From the NCBI RefSeq assembly GCF_001194135.2, contig NC_069008.1, positions 14,274,899 through 14,338,898 on the forward strand: a DNA stretch of 64,000 bases. The letters run 5' to 3'. Both the position numbers and the translations under genes were made by a program. The DNA comes from Octopus bimaculoides (taxonomy: Eukaryota). The notes beneath the pieces are model-generated. The model was not told where the DNA came from. It searched no databases and saw nothing but the letters and a program-made list of their open reading frames with translations. Within the stretch, counting starts at the first letter, position 1, and every line of letters begins with the position of its first letter. Shown here piece after piece: positions 36,998 through 49,931 of this stretch.

Positions 36998-37692
36998 GNN
37001 NNNNNNNNNNNNNNNNNNNNNNNNNNNNNNNNNNNNNNNNNNNNNNNNNNNNNNNNNNNNNNNNNNNNNNNNNNNNNNNNNNNNNNNNNNNNNNNNNNNN
37101 NNNNNNNNNNNNNNNNNNNNNNNNNNNNNNNNNNNNNNNNNNNNNNNNNNNNNNNNNNNNNNNNNNNNNNNNNNNNNNNNNNNNNNNNNNNNNNNNNNNN
37201 NNNNNNNNNNNNNNNNNNNNNNNNNNNNNNNNNNNNNNNNNNNNNNNNNNNNNNNNNNNNNNNNNNNNNNNNNNNNNNNNNNNNNNNNNNNNNNNNNNNN
37301 NNNNNNNNNNNNNNNNNNNNNNNNNNNNNNNNNNNNNNNNNNNNNNNNNNNNNNNNNNNNNNNNNNNNNNNNNNNNNNNNNNNNNNNNNNNNNNNNNNNN
37401 NNNNNNNNNNNNNNNNNNNNNNNNNNNNNNNNNGAAAACCGGTTGGAATGTAAAGTAAAATTTTTTAATATATCTCATTGACAAAAGCCAAGAAGCTTGA
37501 AAGATCAATATCTGAGATTCTCAATAGATGGCAACACTGAGCAAACCGGGTGTTTTCATACCTTTTTTTTTACCATAAGAGAGATATTTTCTCTACTATA
37601 ACTGCAGTGAATTTGTCTTTTAGCAGTTAACATATGTCACAAACATATTTCAACTGACCTATATATATGTGTGTGTGTGTGTGTATACATAC

Positions 37693-37724
<32 letters not shown>

Positions 37725-38289
37725 TTACATATATATATATCATCATTTTCATTGTATTAATGTCCACTTTTCCATGTTAGCATGGGTTGGACAAAATTTG
37801 TTTCAGCAGATTTTCTACAGCCTGATACCCTTCTTGTTGTCAACCCTTACATGTTTCCAAGTAAGGTAATATTTCCTTACGGCCAGACATGTTTTCATGG
37901 GAGATTGGGAATGAGGGACACTATATTCATGAAGGTGACACTCACTTGCAAGCATCATGTGATGTCAAAACAAGAAGACACAAACATATATATATGTATG
38001 TATGTATGTATATCTTTTTAATTTATTTATGGCTATTACTCCTGAGTGTGCTCATAAAAACTCATGCTACTTGCTACTGGCTGCTGCTTATTATTAATGC
38101 AAAGTGCTGAAGGAAGTATGCATGAGAAGCAGTGGACTTTCTTAAGATCCATAGATGTTATAAATAATATTTACTAATATCCTAAAGATGTGAGAAGGTA
38201 GTCACAAACAAACATGTGTTATGCAGAAACATATGTAGCAACGCATTAATAAAATATAAAATTTTCCATTCCCCAAAATTTTTCATTAT

Positions 38290-38745
38290 ATATATATTTT
38301 TACATGCCACTGGCACGAAAGCCAGTCAGAGGGTACTGGCATCAGCCATGTTCAGATGGTGCTTTTTACATGCCACTAGCACAGGAACCAGTCAGTGGGC
38401 ACTGGCCACAATTATAATATTGGTTTTACTTGACACAACAGGTCTTCTTAAGCATATCATATCGCCTGACGCATCAAGGTTACTCTTAACTGTGCCGGAC
38501 ATACGTGGCTGCGAGCTCACTTTAGTTGCCGGGTCTTCTCTATCACAGCATATCTCCAAAGGTCCTGGTCTCCTGTCATTGCCTCTGTGAAGCCCAATGT
38601 TCAAAGGTCATGCTTCACCACCTCATCCCATGTTTTCCTGGGTCTACCTCTTCCACAGGTTCCTTCCACAGCTAGGGAGTGGCACTTCCTCACACAGCTG
38701 TCCTCATCCATATGTAACACATGACCATACCAGCGCAGCTGTCTC
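38290..38745 (-). mobile_element. RTE-clade LINE 3' fragment (ORF C-terminus plus 3' UTR)
   Basis: RQLRWYGHVLHMDEDSCVRKCHSLAVEGTCGRGRPRKTWDEVVKHDL*TLGFTEAMTGDQDLWRYAVIEKTRQLK*. Confidence 0.85.
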
Positions 38746-39079
38746 TCTATCTCTATCTCTATTTATATATTTATATCAACCTTTCTATCATCATCATTTC
38801 AACATCCATTTTTCTATGCTTGCATGGGGTGGGCAGAATTTATTGAGGCCGTTTTCTACAACCAAATGCCTTTCTTATCACTGACCCTCACCTGTTTCCA
38901 AGCAGGGTAATATTTCCCTGTGGCCAGACATGGCTTGCAGAATATTGAAAATGAATGACCACAGCTTGTATTACAATGACAATCGTTTTCAACAGTGATG
39001 TAATGTCAAGACCAGGGAGTCACAAACACCAACACACTCATGCACACATACATAGGCAAATGGATGTATATACATATCA

Positions 39080-39285
39080 CAGGCTTCCTTCAGTTTCCAT
39101 CCACCAAACCCACTTACAAGGCTCACATCAGCCTATGGCTATAGTAGAAGACACTTGATCAAGATGCCACTTGCCTAAGGTGCGACTTGCCTAAGATGCT
39201 AATTGCCCAAGGTGCCAAGTGAGATTGAAGTTGGAACCATGTAATTAGGAAATAAACTTCTTCCTATAGAGCCACGCTTGCACCT
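39080..39285 (-). mobile_element. Family A SINE, diverged 5' half
   Basis: ggcttccttcagtttcc...ctatagtagaagacac...ggaaccatgt. Confidence 0.65.
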
Positions 39286-39801
39286 ATAGCTACGTATGTG
39301 TGTATATGTGTGTATGCGCATGTGTGTGTGTGTGTGTGTGTGCGCATATGCGTGTGCTTGTGTGCATGTATATATGTATATATATTTCATGTTATGCTAA
39401 GAAGCAGTGCACAGTATGCTTTAACTGAGAAAAGTTTATGTAATGGATGCATTTCCTATTATATCATGCTAACCTGAGATGTGCGTTCTAAATGATTTCA
39501 AAATATCACTATTTGGTCTGAGTTCACAATTGCATACATGCCTACATTATATATAAATATGTGTGTGTATGTGTGTGTGTGTGTGTGTGTGCGTGTGTTA
39601 AGGTAAGATCCAAGGATCAAGGTGTAGGAAGATAGTAAGCTTCTAGTAGTCTGTGGAGGATATAAAAAACAACTTCCAGGAACAACAGTGATTTAGTGAC
39701 ATAAAAGGCTGTAAATTTTCTCTGCATCAAAGTTCGATAAGTGAGAAAAGTTGTTTTATAGCTTATGGTTAACAGTAGGGGTTGGTGTGTATGTGTATGT
39801 G

Positions 39802-39838
<37 letters not shown>

Positions 39839-40062
39839 NNNNNNNNNNNNNNNNNNNNNNNNNNNNNNNNNNNNNNNNNNNNNNNNNNNNNNNNNNNNNN
39901 NNNNNNNNNNNNNNNNNNNNNNNNNNNNNNNNNNNNNNNNNNNNNNNNNNNNNNNNNNNNNNNNNNNNNNNNNNNNNNNNNNNNNNNNNNNNNNNNNNNN
40001 NNNNNNNNNNNNNNNNNNNNNNNNNNNNNNNNNNNNNNNNNNNNNNNNNNNNNNNNNNNNNN

Positions 40063-40394
40063 AGACCCCCTTCGGTCATTACTGACCATGGGATTGCATC
40101 TAGAAAGTTACCCTCCCAGGCACAAGTCCGGGCAAGGTTGGTTATGGAAGACCAGCAGTCGCTCATACATACTGGCCTCCCCTCTCCACACCACCAGTGT
40201 TATCCAAGGGAAAGGCAGAGACTGATACAGCTTGGCACCAGTGATGTCACAATTCATTTCTACAGCTGAGTGAACTGGAGCAATGTGAAATAAAGTGTCT
40301 TGCTCAAGAACACAACACGCAGCCCAGTCCTGGATTCAAAATCACAACTTCACGATCGTAAGCTCGATGCTCTAAACACTGAGCCATGCACCTT
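40063..40394 (-). mobile_element. Family F SINE
   Basis: Reverse complement of 12293-12618. Confidence 0.85.
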
Positions 40395-40428
40395 CACATA
40401 TATATATATATATATATATGTCTGTATG

Positions 40429-40463
<35 letters not shown>

Positions 40464-40469
40464 AGCAAA

Positions 40470-40657
40470 AATGAGTAGTACTTGTATTTCAAAGGGCCAA
40501 CCTTGTCACACTGTGTGTCACGCTGAATCTCCCTGAGAACTATGTTAAGGGTACACGTGTCCGTGGAGTGTTCAGCCACTTGCCCATTAATTTCATGAGC
40601 GAGCTGTTCCACTGATCGTATCAGCTGGGACCCTCATCGTTGTAACCAACAGAGTGC
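40470..40657 (+). mobile_element. SINE tail type E without a family D body
   Basis: Homologous to the reverse complement of 15215-15390. Confidence 0.75.
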
Positions 40658-41329
40658 TCGTATGACACATATGATTGGAAGGCAGGGAGAGTAGGTGCTG
40701 ACTGGCAGCACAAAAGAGTGAAGAGCATCAGAATATCAACAGTACAGTTGATACAGTAGACAGGAGAAGGATGTGAGAAAGGGAAATGACATGTGAGTGG
40801 GTATGTTGAAAGGGTGTGAGCTGAACAGAAGAGGTAGTTTGAGGGGAGAGTGAGACATAAATGGTGATATGGGGGAGTCAATAGGAGGTGGTTCAGTGGA
40901 GATGGAACTGCAGGGAGTGGGGGAGATGAATGGTAACAGGGACAAGTCAACAGGAAGAGATTCTGGGTGAGGGAGAAGAAGAGATAATTTGATAGAGAAG
41001 ATCAAAGTAAAATGTGAGTGGAGAAGGACAATGTTGAGAAAAAAAGGAATGGCTGTCAAGTGAATTGGTTTGGGCTAGTGAGAAAGATAATTAATATCAC
41101 AAAAAATAAAATGAGCTATTTAGCTCTGCCCTTGTTTAATTACAACTGCAGAACACAACAGTTAGACAAGTGATGGAAATATCTGTGATAGAGAAATAGG
41201 GTGGTGGTGAAGGTCTAATAATAAAACTGAGGGGCCCAATTGTTTATATCAAAATATGCTTCCAGAAGCCCAATTTCACCAAGATGGTTACATCTTCCTG
41301 AGCACCCCATATTACGAGTCATGCCAATC

Positions 41330-42320
41330 CTATGTCATTTCCTCCATGAAATTCAAAGTTCAATAAACCTTGACTACTTCATCCTATGTTTTCCTGGATC
41401 GCCTTCTTTCACAACTTCCATCCACATTTAGTGACTGGTGGTAATTCTTTTTCCAGTTGTATTTGTCCATATGTATCACTTGACCATACCAGCACAAATG
41501 GCTCCTCGTACGTCCAATTTTTTCTCATTATACTCTATCACTCATGTACATTGACTTTGGACACCCAACAGAGCATTTCCTTCTAATCTTCACATGTCCT
41601 TTGCATACAGGACTCATATTTCATTACCCTGTAACATTGCTTTCCATACATAATCATCATAGAATCTGTCTTTCACTCAAAGAGAGACCTTTTGTTATCA
41701 AGAGAGGTAACAGCTCTCATACTTTCTCCAGCTGGTTCTTATTCTAGCAACCATACTCTTAGAATATCCTTTTCCACTGCTAATTAGGTCATCAAGGTAA
41801 CAGAAGCTATTTACTCACTCAAAGGATCTTCCTGGGCATTTGCAAAAATCTATTTCTTACGTGTGTTTCTTTGTTTACTGATCCTGTGCACCTACCATAC
41901 ACACAATGTCTACATTCTTTGTTAACCTACCAGTGATTCACGACTTTGTTCCATGTCTTTCAGGGTCTTCCTCACCCACTAGCCCCAGCTACACTATGTG
42001 TTCACCATTTGTTTATAGGGCTGCCCTCAACCATACTCACCACACACACAGTTTTCCTTCTTGCACACCCCATCTGATTACCCTGATGCCTAGTTGTTCA
42101 CTCAGCACATTTGTACCAGGTCATTCATTCACATTCAATGGAGCATGCTAGCTTCATTTCATTCCAGTTCTCTCAAGTCCTTCGCCTTTAAGCCATCTCT
42201 CACTACCATGCAGCATCACAATTCTAACACAAGTATCATACAATCTACTCTTCACTTTCAAAGTAAAGACCATTGCTGCCAACCCACTCTTTATCTGGTT
42301 GCTATAACACTGTGTCAGTA
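41330..42320 (-). mobile_element. Two degenerate RTE-clade LINE fragments in tandem
   Basis: 41330-41830: VNSFCYLDDLISSG...ARIRTSW...LLPLLITKGLS...WYGQVIHMD...RRSRKT*DEVVK. 42000-42320: VKSRLYDTCVRIVMLHGSERW...NEASML. Many stops and frameshifts. Confidence 0.75.
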
Positions 42321-42999
42321 AGCGTCATTTCCTATTTGCTTCTATCTAGAAATCAAAAGAAATGACTATCATTCCCTTCAAACTTCAATAAACCTTGGCT
42401 ACTTCAAAGTTCAATAATGGACATTAATGTTTTCAAACTGACCTATATATATGTATATACATATATATGTATATACATATATATGTATATACATTCATAT
42501 TTACATATACATATACATATATATGTACATATATTATATATATAATTCTTCGAAACACTGGTGTTTTAATGGTGGCAGCTGATGAAGGAGATGTTTCTAT
42601 GTGGCTTGCTTGTTTGTTGTACCTTGTTTATCATTTTGTCCATGTTCTTTTACCACGTCATGTACCCAGTTATGTATCTATATGTACATGTAGATGAAGA
42701 TATGTACATACATGTACATATATATGCATATACTCATATATTGTTTATATATATATATATATATATATATNNNNNNNNNNNNNNNNNNNNNNNNNNNNNN
42801 NNNNNNNNNNNNNNNNNNNNNNNNNNNNNNNNNNNNNNNNNNNNNNNNNNNNNNNNNNNNNNNNNNNNNNNNNNNNNNNNNNNNNNNNNNNNNNNNNNNN
42901 NNNNNNNNNNNNNNNNNNNNNNNNNNNNNNNNNNNNNNNNNNNNNNNNNNNNNNNNNNNNNNNNNNNNNNNNNNNNNNNNNNNNNNNNNNNNNNNNNNN

Positions 43000-43052
<53 letters not shown>

Positions 43053-43576
43053 TACAACACACATGCACATATATGAAAATATGTACACACATTCCCTTTT
43101 CTTCTTGGGAAAACAAAGCATCAGAACACAGGACCTGTTGCCAGTCCTGCTTCTCCCCAGTTCAAAAATTTGAGCAAACTAGAATCCAACACCGTGACCA
43201 CCTCCATGCAAGCATGAAGGCACGCTGGCAAAACACTGCTCCTCTAAATAGGAAACCTTACCTGTCATTGTGGTTTTGTGGCACGAATCAAAGCAGGCCT
43301 TATACATTCACTCACGAAAAACACACAGTAAATAATCCACAAGCACTCAAGCAAACTTGAGTCCTCAACTTGTTCCATTTGCCAAAAGGTTTGCAAGGCA
43401 CCAGCTGGCCTCAAGAGACACACTCGTGTCCATACAACATGATCAATGCTTTATTTTACTGAGCTCTCATTTGTTGTTCACGATAAGAGAATCCATCATC
43501 ATATTCATATGTACATATACATATATATACATTTATATACATATGCATATTTACATATATACTTATGTATATTTAC

Positions 43577-43613
<37 letters not shown>

Positions 43614-44254
43614 NNNNNNNNNNNNNNNNNNNNNNNNNNNNNNNNNNNNNNNNNNNNNNNNNNNNNNNNNNNNNNNNNNNNNNNNNNNNNNNNNNNNNNN
43701 NNNNNNNNNNNNNNNNNNNNNNNNNNNNNNNNNNNNNNNNNNNNNNNNNNNNNNNNNNNNNNNNNNNNNNNNNNNNNNNNNNNNNNNNNNNNNNNNNNNN
43801 NNNNNNNNNNNNNNNNNNNNNNNNNNNNNNNNNNNNNNNNNNNNNNNNNNNNNNNNNNNNATTATTACTCTAGATTGATAGCGATATTTTTGCAGAACAA
43901 AAAACAGTGTGTATCAAAAATATCGCTATCAATCTAGAGTAATAATTTGTAGTTTTGAAATCAGTAGTTCTTTGACTGCTATTTCTGTTCTGAATTCTCA
44001 GTATGTTGGAGAAGCAGGTTACTGTCAATCCCTATATATTTATAATTATAAATGTTTTTTACCGAAGAAGGTTTTTTTCATACTGAGCTACCCGGCAGAA
44101 TTGTTAATTATTAATTTTATTACTAATTGATGATTCCCTGCCCTGCATATCTATATATATATATATATATATATAAAATCAAAATAATCAACAGGATAAC
44201 CTGTTGATTTTTTAAAATTTTATTCACCTTACTTTGGGCTGTGCGGATAATATC

Positions 44255-44631
44255 GGATTGACTATTGGCACCTCAGACTCTGATTCCTCTTCTATTGGCA
44301 CTGCCAACCCTGACTCCTCTACTATTAGCTCCTTCGACTCCGACTCCTCTACTATTAACTCCTCTGACTCCGACTCCTCTACTATTGGCACCTCCGACTC
44401 CTCTTTATGTAATTAAGTGATTGCAGTCTACATATCCCATAAAGTATATGCATACACTTGTACTTTGAGTAGGCCAATATGTTATAACTGGTTTATATTA
44501 AAGAATAAAGATACTGTGAGTCAGAGTCAGAGTTAGTATAGTTTTACCTACTCCGACTCTGACTCCAGCTACCCCTGAATTGTTTCTGACTCTAATTCTA
44601 ACTCTGACTCTGACTCTGACTCCACAACCCT
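44255..44631. repeat. 30-bp minisatellite (about 5 units) plus GACTCY arrays; probable relic of a DNA-transposon end
   Basis: Unit approximately gactcctctactattggcacctccgactcc at 44255-44405. The region ends ...gactctgactccacaaccctg; no matching left TIR found. Confidence 0.55.
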
Positions 44632-44695
44632 GGTCTTATCAACCCCAAAAGGATGAAAGCAAAGTTCAGTTGAGTAGAATAATACAATTGGAACA

Positions 44696-45140
44696 TTAAC
44701 GAATAACATCTTGAATGTGATTTCTACCATTTCTGACGCAAATGTCGATGCACTTTCCAAGATTTATGCGAACCTCCAATGACTCCACATTGGCTTCAAT
44801 TTGAGTGCATTCACTCATCATACGTTCCATCAAGTGTGTTGCATCTGTGTTTTTCATTGAGCACATTTTCTCCTTTAGCATACCCCAGAAAAAGAAGTCA
44901 AGGGAGCAAAGGCCTAGTGGAAGAGGAGATGATTCCACATGACCACGTCTCCCAATCCACTTAGGGAAATTGTCATTCAGCCAATCTCTTACCACTGTGG
45001 TGAAATGGGCAGGAGTGCCATCCTGTTGGAACCCCTCAAGAAGTCCTTGCAGCTACATGTTCATCGAAGAAAAATGGCCCCAACACATGAGATTGCCTAT
45101 GTATCCAGATATTTCATTATTGTCTCCACCATCTTTTGTC
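44696..45140 (-). mobile_element. Tc1/mariner-superfamily transposase relic (catalytic C-terminal half)
   Basis: LGPFFF...FQQDGTPAHFTTVVRDWLNDNFPKWIGRRGHVE...SLDFFFWGMLKEK...NGRNHIQDVIR*. The WPxRSPDL motif is degenerate and no TIRs were found. Confidence 0.85.
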
Positions 45141-45294
45141 CCCTTAACTTACATTTCTTTACCACACATGATATCTGATGTTGATATCCATGGGGCAGCT
45201 GATGATGGAGGTATGTTGGATTGTTGATATGGCTGTTTTTGTAAATGTGGAATAGTATTATAACACTTCCTTCTGATGTATATATATATCAGAA

Positions 45295-45694
45295 GGCGTA
45301 GGAGTGACTGTGTGGTAAGTAGCTTGCTTACCAACCACATGGTTCCGGGTTCAGTCCCACTGCGTGGCATCTTGGGCAAGTGTCTTCTACTATAGACTCG
45401 GGCTGACCAAGGCCTTGTGAATGGATTTGGTAGATGGAAACTGAAAGAAGCCCGTCGTATATATGTATATATATGTGTGTGTGTATGTTTGTGTGTCTGT
45501 GTTTGTCCCCCTAGCATTGCTTGACAACTGACACTAGTGTGTTTATGTCCCCATCACCGAGCGGTTTGGCAAATGAGACCGATAGAATAAGTACTAAGCT
45601 TACAAAGAATAAGTCCTGGGGTCGATTTGCTAGACTAAAGGCGGTGCTCCAGCATGGCCGCAGTCAAATGACTGAAACAAGTAAAAGAGTAAAA

Positions 45695-45696
<2 letters not shown>
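45295..45696 (+). mobile_element. Family A tRNA-derived SINE, full-length reference copy with internal (TA/TG)n tract
   Basis: Head ggcgtaggagtgactgtgtggtaag...gggttcagtcccact (A/B boxes), central microsatellite, and a 3' domain ending gaaacaagtaaaagagtaaaaga. More than 12 homologous pieces occur in the window. Confidence 0.9.
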
Positions 45697-45728
<32 letters not shown>

Positions 45729-45899
45729 TCTCTTTACTCTTTTATATATTTATATACAGACAGACAGATAGATATAGATATGTAGGATTCAATCAGGCTA
45801 ATATCAGACAAGAAAACCTTAATAGATATTTGTAGTAAAATAGACTCCTGAATCCTTATCTTCTTAAAATACCCAATAGAAGATCTCTAAATAGAAATC

Positions 45900-46950
45900 T
45901 TTTAAAAACAACACAAATTTAAACTCAGTCTGACCTATAATGAGTACTCAACTGATTGGTAATGAATGGTTCCATTGTGAACCCTAAAACACATAAAAAG
46001 CCAAATTTTTATATAAACATTGTCATAACCTGTATGTATCACACTTGCTGACCCCTTTACTTCCATGCTTGACTGAACTCTAAACAACACCAAAATTCCA
46101 ATGTCAAACAGAAATAAATTTCCCCACCATAACTTTCTATCAACTGACACCTTACAAACACACTTTTTCCTACTATCCATCTCTGTCCACCCTTCTTCCT
46201 ACACATCAACTTCTTTGGTCTACCATTACCACCCTTAATTATCTTTCCTATATCTCACCTCACTATTTTCCCTATAACCACTTCCTTTTCAAATTTATCT
46301 CCCATTTTTAATACCAAGCCTTACCTCTTTACTGAAACGTGTTCACCAACCATGCGACATCTGCTCCTAAATTAACAACATTGAAACCACCATCACTGAG
46401 CCTAAGTTACAGTAAAACATTACACACAACTTTTGTTGCACATCTTCCAGCATTATGTATCAAATCATATGCAACTTTTCAGCACTCCTTCAGAAACATA
46501 TTTGAAGCATACGACTGCATGTTCTTTTGGCCACTCACTTCAATAAAACAAGCCATTCCATTTCTCGTTTATCAGTGTGTGGCATCTGTGCGCATCATGG
46601 ATCCACATACTCAAACAAAAAAAGCAGAAGAAGCAATATTTCATCATGAACTTTGGATAAGGTCACTGAAACATTTAAATGAGTGATTTTTCTTCTACAC
46701 CTAAGACTTTTATTTAAAATTATTTACATTAGGAGAGTATTGTAGTTCACTTGAAGCATTGTGTATTGTTTTGTAAAGAATAAAAAGTTTTAGAATGGTA
46801 CAACAATGCACTATAGAACAAAAATGGACCTGTTGTAATTTGGTTATCTATAGTCCGATGATATTTCGGAATTACAATTCCTTCTTCAGATCTTCTAAGA
46901 AGATTTTTTGTTCTATAGTGCATTATTGTACCATTCTAAAACTTTTTATT
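45900..46950 (+). mobile_element. Degenerate Penelope-like retroelement relic (GIY-YIG endonuclease region plus palindromic end)
   Basis: Broken frames at 46345-46690 read QPCDICS*I...FCCTSSSIMYQIICN...SVCGICAHHGS...KKAEE...LNE, resembling the PLE Zn-knuckle/GIY-YIG C-terminus. An inverted repeat (46779-46826 / 46902-46950) encloses a degenerate CTGAAGA..GGAAT/ATTCC..GAAA motif on the minus strand. The upstream limit is uncertain. Confidence 0.6.
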
Positions 46951-47194
46951 ATTTACATTATTTACAATTGACAGATATTTGTCCTCATCTTGTTTGTTGT
47001 TAACACAACATTTCGGCTGATATACCCTCCAGCCTTCATCAGGTGTCATGGGGAAATTTCAAACCTGATTTCTCATTCCTAAGGTATTTTTCAATGTTAT
47101 TATTATTATTATTATTCAGGTCACTGCCTGGAATCGAACTCGGAATCTTGGGGTTAGTAGCCTGCGGCTCTTAACCACTACGCCATACGCCCAT
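46951..47194 (-). mobile_element. Family P element copy 3 (complete head)
   Basis: Minus strand reads atgggcgtatggcgtagtggttaagagccgcaggctactaaccccaagattccgagttcgattccaggcagtgacctg, then (aat)n, then the same tail as copies 1 and 2. Confidence 0.85.
47002..47047 (-). ncRNA. Hammerhead motif in P copy 3
   Basis: GACAC-CTGATGA-A-GGCTG...CAGCC-GAAA-TG-TT-GTGTT. Core intact; a CpG-type C>T change breaks the AACGTT palindrome. Confidence 0.6.
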
Positions 47195-47472
47195 CAATTG
47201 TAAATAATGTAAATAATGTACATAATTCCTCATCTCTTAAATATAGAACTGTATTACTCTTATTTTATTTAAGTATTCCCTTTCCTATCCATCAACTTCC
47301 CTCTCACTTCAGATTTTTCATTTATCTCAACCTTTCCTTCACTAGGTTTCTCTGCTCTACCATTTTTTTATCATACAGTGTCTTGTGTTCCTCATCAGTT
47401 GCAACCAACGATTCGAACTCACAACCTCACGATCGTAAGCTCGACACTCTAACCACTGAGCCATGCACCTTT

Positions 47473-47514
<42 letters not shown>

Positions 47515-47540
47515 TTGTGTGTGGGGTGGGGGTATGTATG

Positions 47541-47578
<38 letters not shown>

Positions 47579-48411
47579 TACATACATACACACACCACAC
47601 ACATATCTATATATAGAAAAGTGCCCTTAAATTGCCCTGATGTGTGGAGAATCAAATGTTTTGGACAGTCTATCTTGATATAAAAATTNNNNNNNNNNNN
47701 NNNNNNNNNNNNNNNNNNNNNNNNNNNNNNNNNNNNNNNNNNNNNNNNNNNNNNNNNNNNNNNNNNNNNNNNNNNNNNNNNNNNNNNNNNNNNNNNNNNN
47801 NNNNNNNNNNNNNNNNNNNNNNNNNNNNNNNNNNNNNNNNNNNNNNNNNNNNNNNNNNNNNNNNNNNNNNNNNNNNNNNNNNNNNNNNNNNNNNNNNNNN
47901 NNNNNNNNNNNNNNNNNNNNNNNNNNNNNNNNNNNNNNNNNNNNNNNNNNNNNNNNNNNNNNNNNNNNNNNNNNNNNNNNNNNNNNNNNNNNNNNNNNNN
48001 NNNNNNNNNNNNNNNNNNNNNNNNNNNNNNNNNNNNNNNNNNNNNNNNNNNNNNNNNNNNNNNNNNNNNNNNNNNNNNNNNNNNNNNNNNNNNNNNNNNN
48101 NNNNNNNNNNNNNNNNNNNNNNNNNNNNNNNNNNNNNNNNNNNNNNNNNNNNNNNNNNNNNNNNNNNNNNNNNNNNNNNNNNNNNNNNNNNNNNNNNNNN
48201 NNNNNNNNNNNNNNNNNNNNNNNNNNNNNNNNNNNNNNNNNNNNNNNNNNNNNNNNNNNNNNNNNNNNNNNNNNNNNNNNNNNNNNNNNNNNNNNNNNNN
48301 NNNNNNNNNNNNNNNNNNNNNNNNNNNNNNNNNNNNNNNNNNNNNNNNNNNNNNNNNNNNNNNNNNNNNNNNNNNNNNNNNNNNNNNNNNNNNNNNNNNN
48401 NNNNNNNNNNN

Positions 48412-48453
<42 letters not shown>

Positions 48454-48597
48454 ATATACATATATACACACACAGATATATATATATATATAAACACACA
48501 TATATATATTTACGTATGCACACACATATATACGTATTCCTTCATATGTATACACGTATAAGTGTATATGAGTGTATAAATATACGTTATACATGCT

Positions 48598-48630
<33 letters not shown>

Positions 48631-48928
48631 AATATATATATACACACATATATATATATATATATTTGTGCTTTAGTCTCATTCCATGGCACTTTGTGTG
48701 AATATATTGCACTGGAGCTCAAGGCTGACCATATCCTCATGTGTAAATTCAGTAAACATACTGTGTATGTTTATGTGTATGTGTATGTATGTGTATGTGT
48801 GTGTGTGTGTATGTATGTGTGTGTGTGTGTGTGTGTTGATAGATAGAGAGAGTGAGAGAGACAGACAGATAGATATATAGACAGAAAAAGTAACAGAGAG
48901 GTAGATAGGTAGATAGATAGATAGATAG

Positions 48929-48959
<31 letters not shown>

Positions 48960-48964
48960 CATGC

Positions 48965-49180
48965 ACGTGTGTATGTGTATCTGTGCTTGTTCCCCGACCC
49001 TTTTGAGAAACAGTGTTGGTTTGTTCATTTCCTTGAAACTTAACAGTTTGACAAAACTGATTGATGGATCAAACAAATGCCAAGAATTTATAAGAATAAC
49101 CAGCTCTGTCGATTTTATTCATCTAAAACCTTGAGTGTGGTACCCCAACATGAGCACAATCCAAAGACTGTAAAACGCAA
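48965..49180 (+). mobile_element. Family A SINE, highly diverged 3' half
   Basis: Scattered matches to the 3' domain (ttgttcccc...aagaataa...gtcgattt...ccaacatg). Confidence 0.5.
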
Positions 49181-49301
49181 AGGATATATATATATATATA
49201 TNNNNNNNNNNNNNNNNNNNNNNNNNNNNNNNNNNNNNNNNNNNNNNNNNNNNNNNNNNNNNNNNNNNNNNNNNNNNNNNNNNNNNNNNNNNNNNNNNNN
49301 N

Positions 49302-49340
<39 letters not shown>

Positions 49341-49474
49341 AACACACATACCCACACATGCATACACAGACACACGCACACACAGACACACGCACATGCT
49401 TTTAATGTAGGCTTGAGTATGTGTGGGTGTGTGTGTGTGTGCGTGTATATATATATTCATGCACAAACACACAC

Positions 49475-49515
<41 letters not shown>

Positions 49516-49624
49516 CACATGTACAAACCATGATTTACTATTTATAATGTTACTTAAGGGTCATTAAAATATCATCGAAAACCAAAAGAAGAAAAAAGAC
49601 GAAACAAATAATGATAATAATGAT

Positions 49625-49800
49625 TTCAAATTTTTGGCATGAGGCCATCAAGTTCGGGGGAAGAAGGACTAGTCGATTACATCGACCCCAGGGTTTCACT
49701 GGTACTTAATTTATCGACCTCGAAAGGATGAAAGGCAAAGCCGACCTTGGCGGAATTTTGAACTCACAACGTAAAGACGGACGAAATTGCCGCTAAGCAT
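49625..49800 (-). mobile_element. Family B SINE, head lost at the large (AAT)n tract
   Basis: gtcgattacatcgaccccag...aaggatgaaaggcaaagccgacc...ccgctaagcat. Confidence 0.8.
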
Positions 49801-49846
49801 AATAATAATAATGATAATAATAATAATGATAATAATAATAATGATA

Positions 49847-49931
<85 letters not shown>

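Noticed and set aside
47115-47194. tRNA-like heads of families P, A, B, D and F as genuine tRNA genes
   Set aside because: They have A/B boxes but no complete cloverleaf or acceptor stem, and they run on into repeat bodies.
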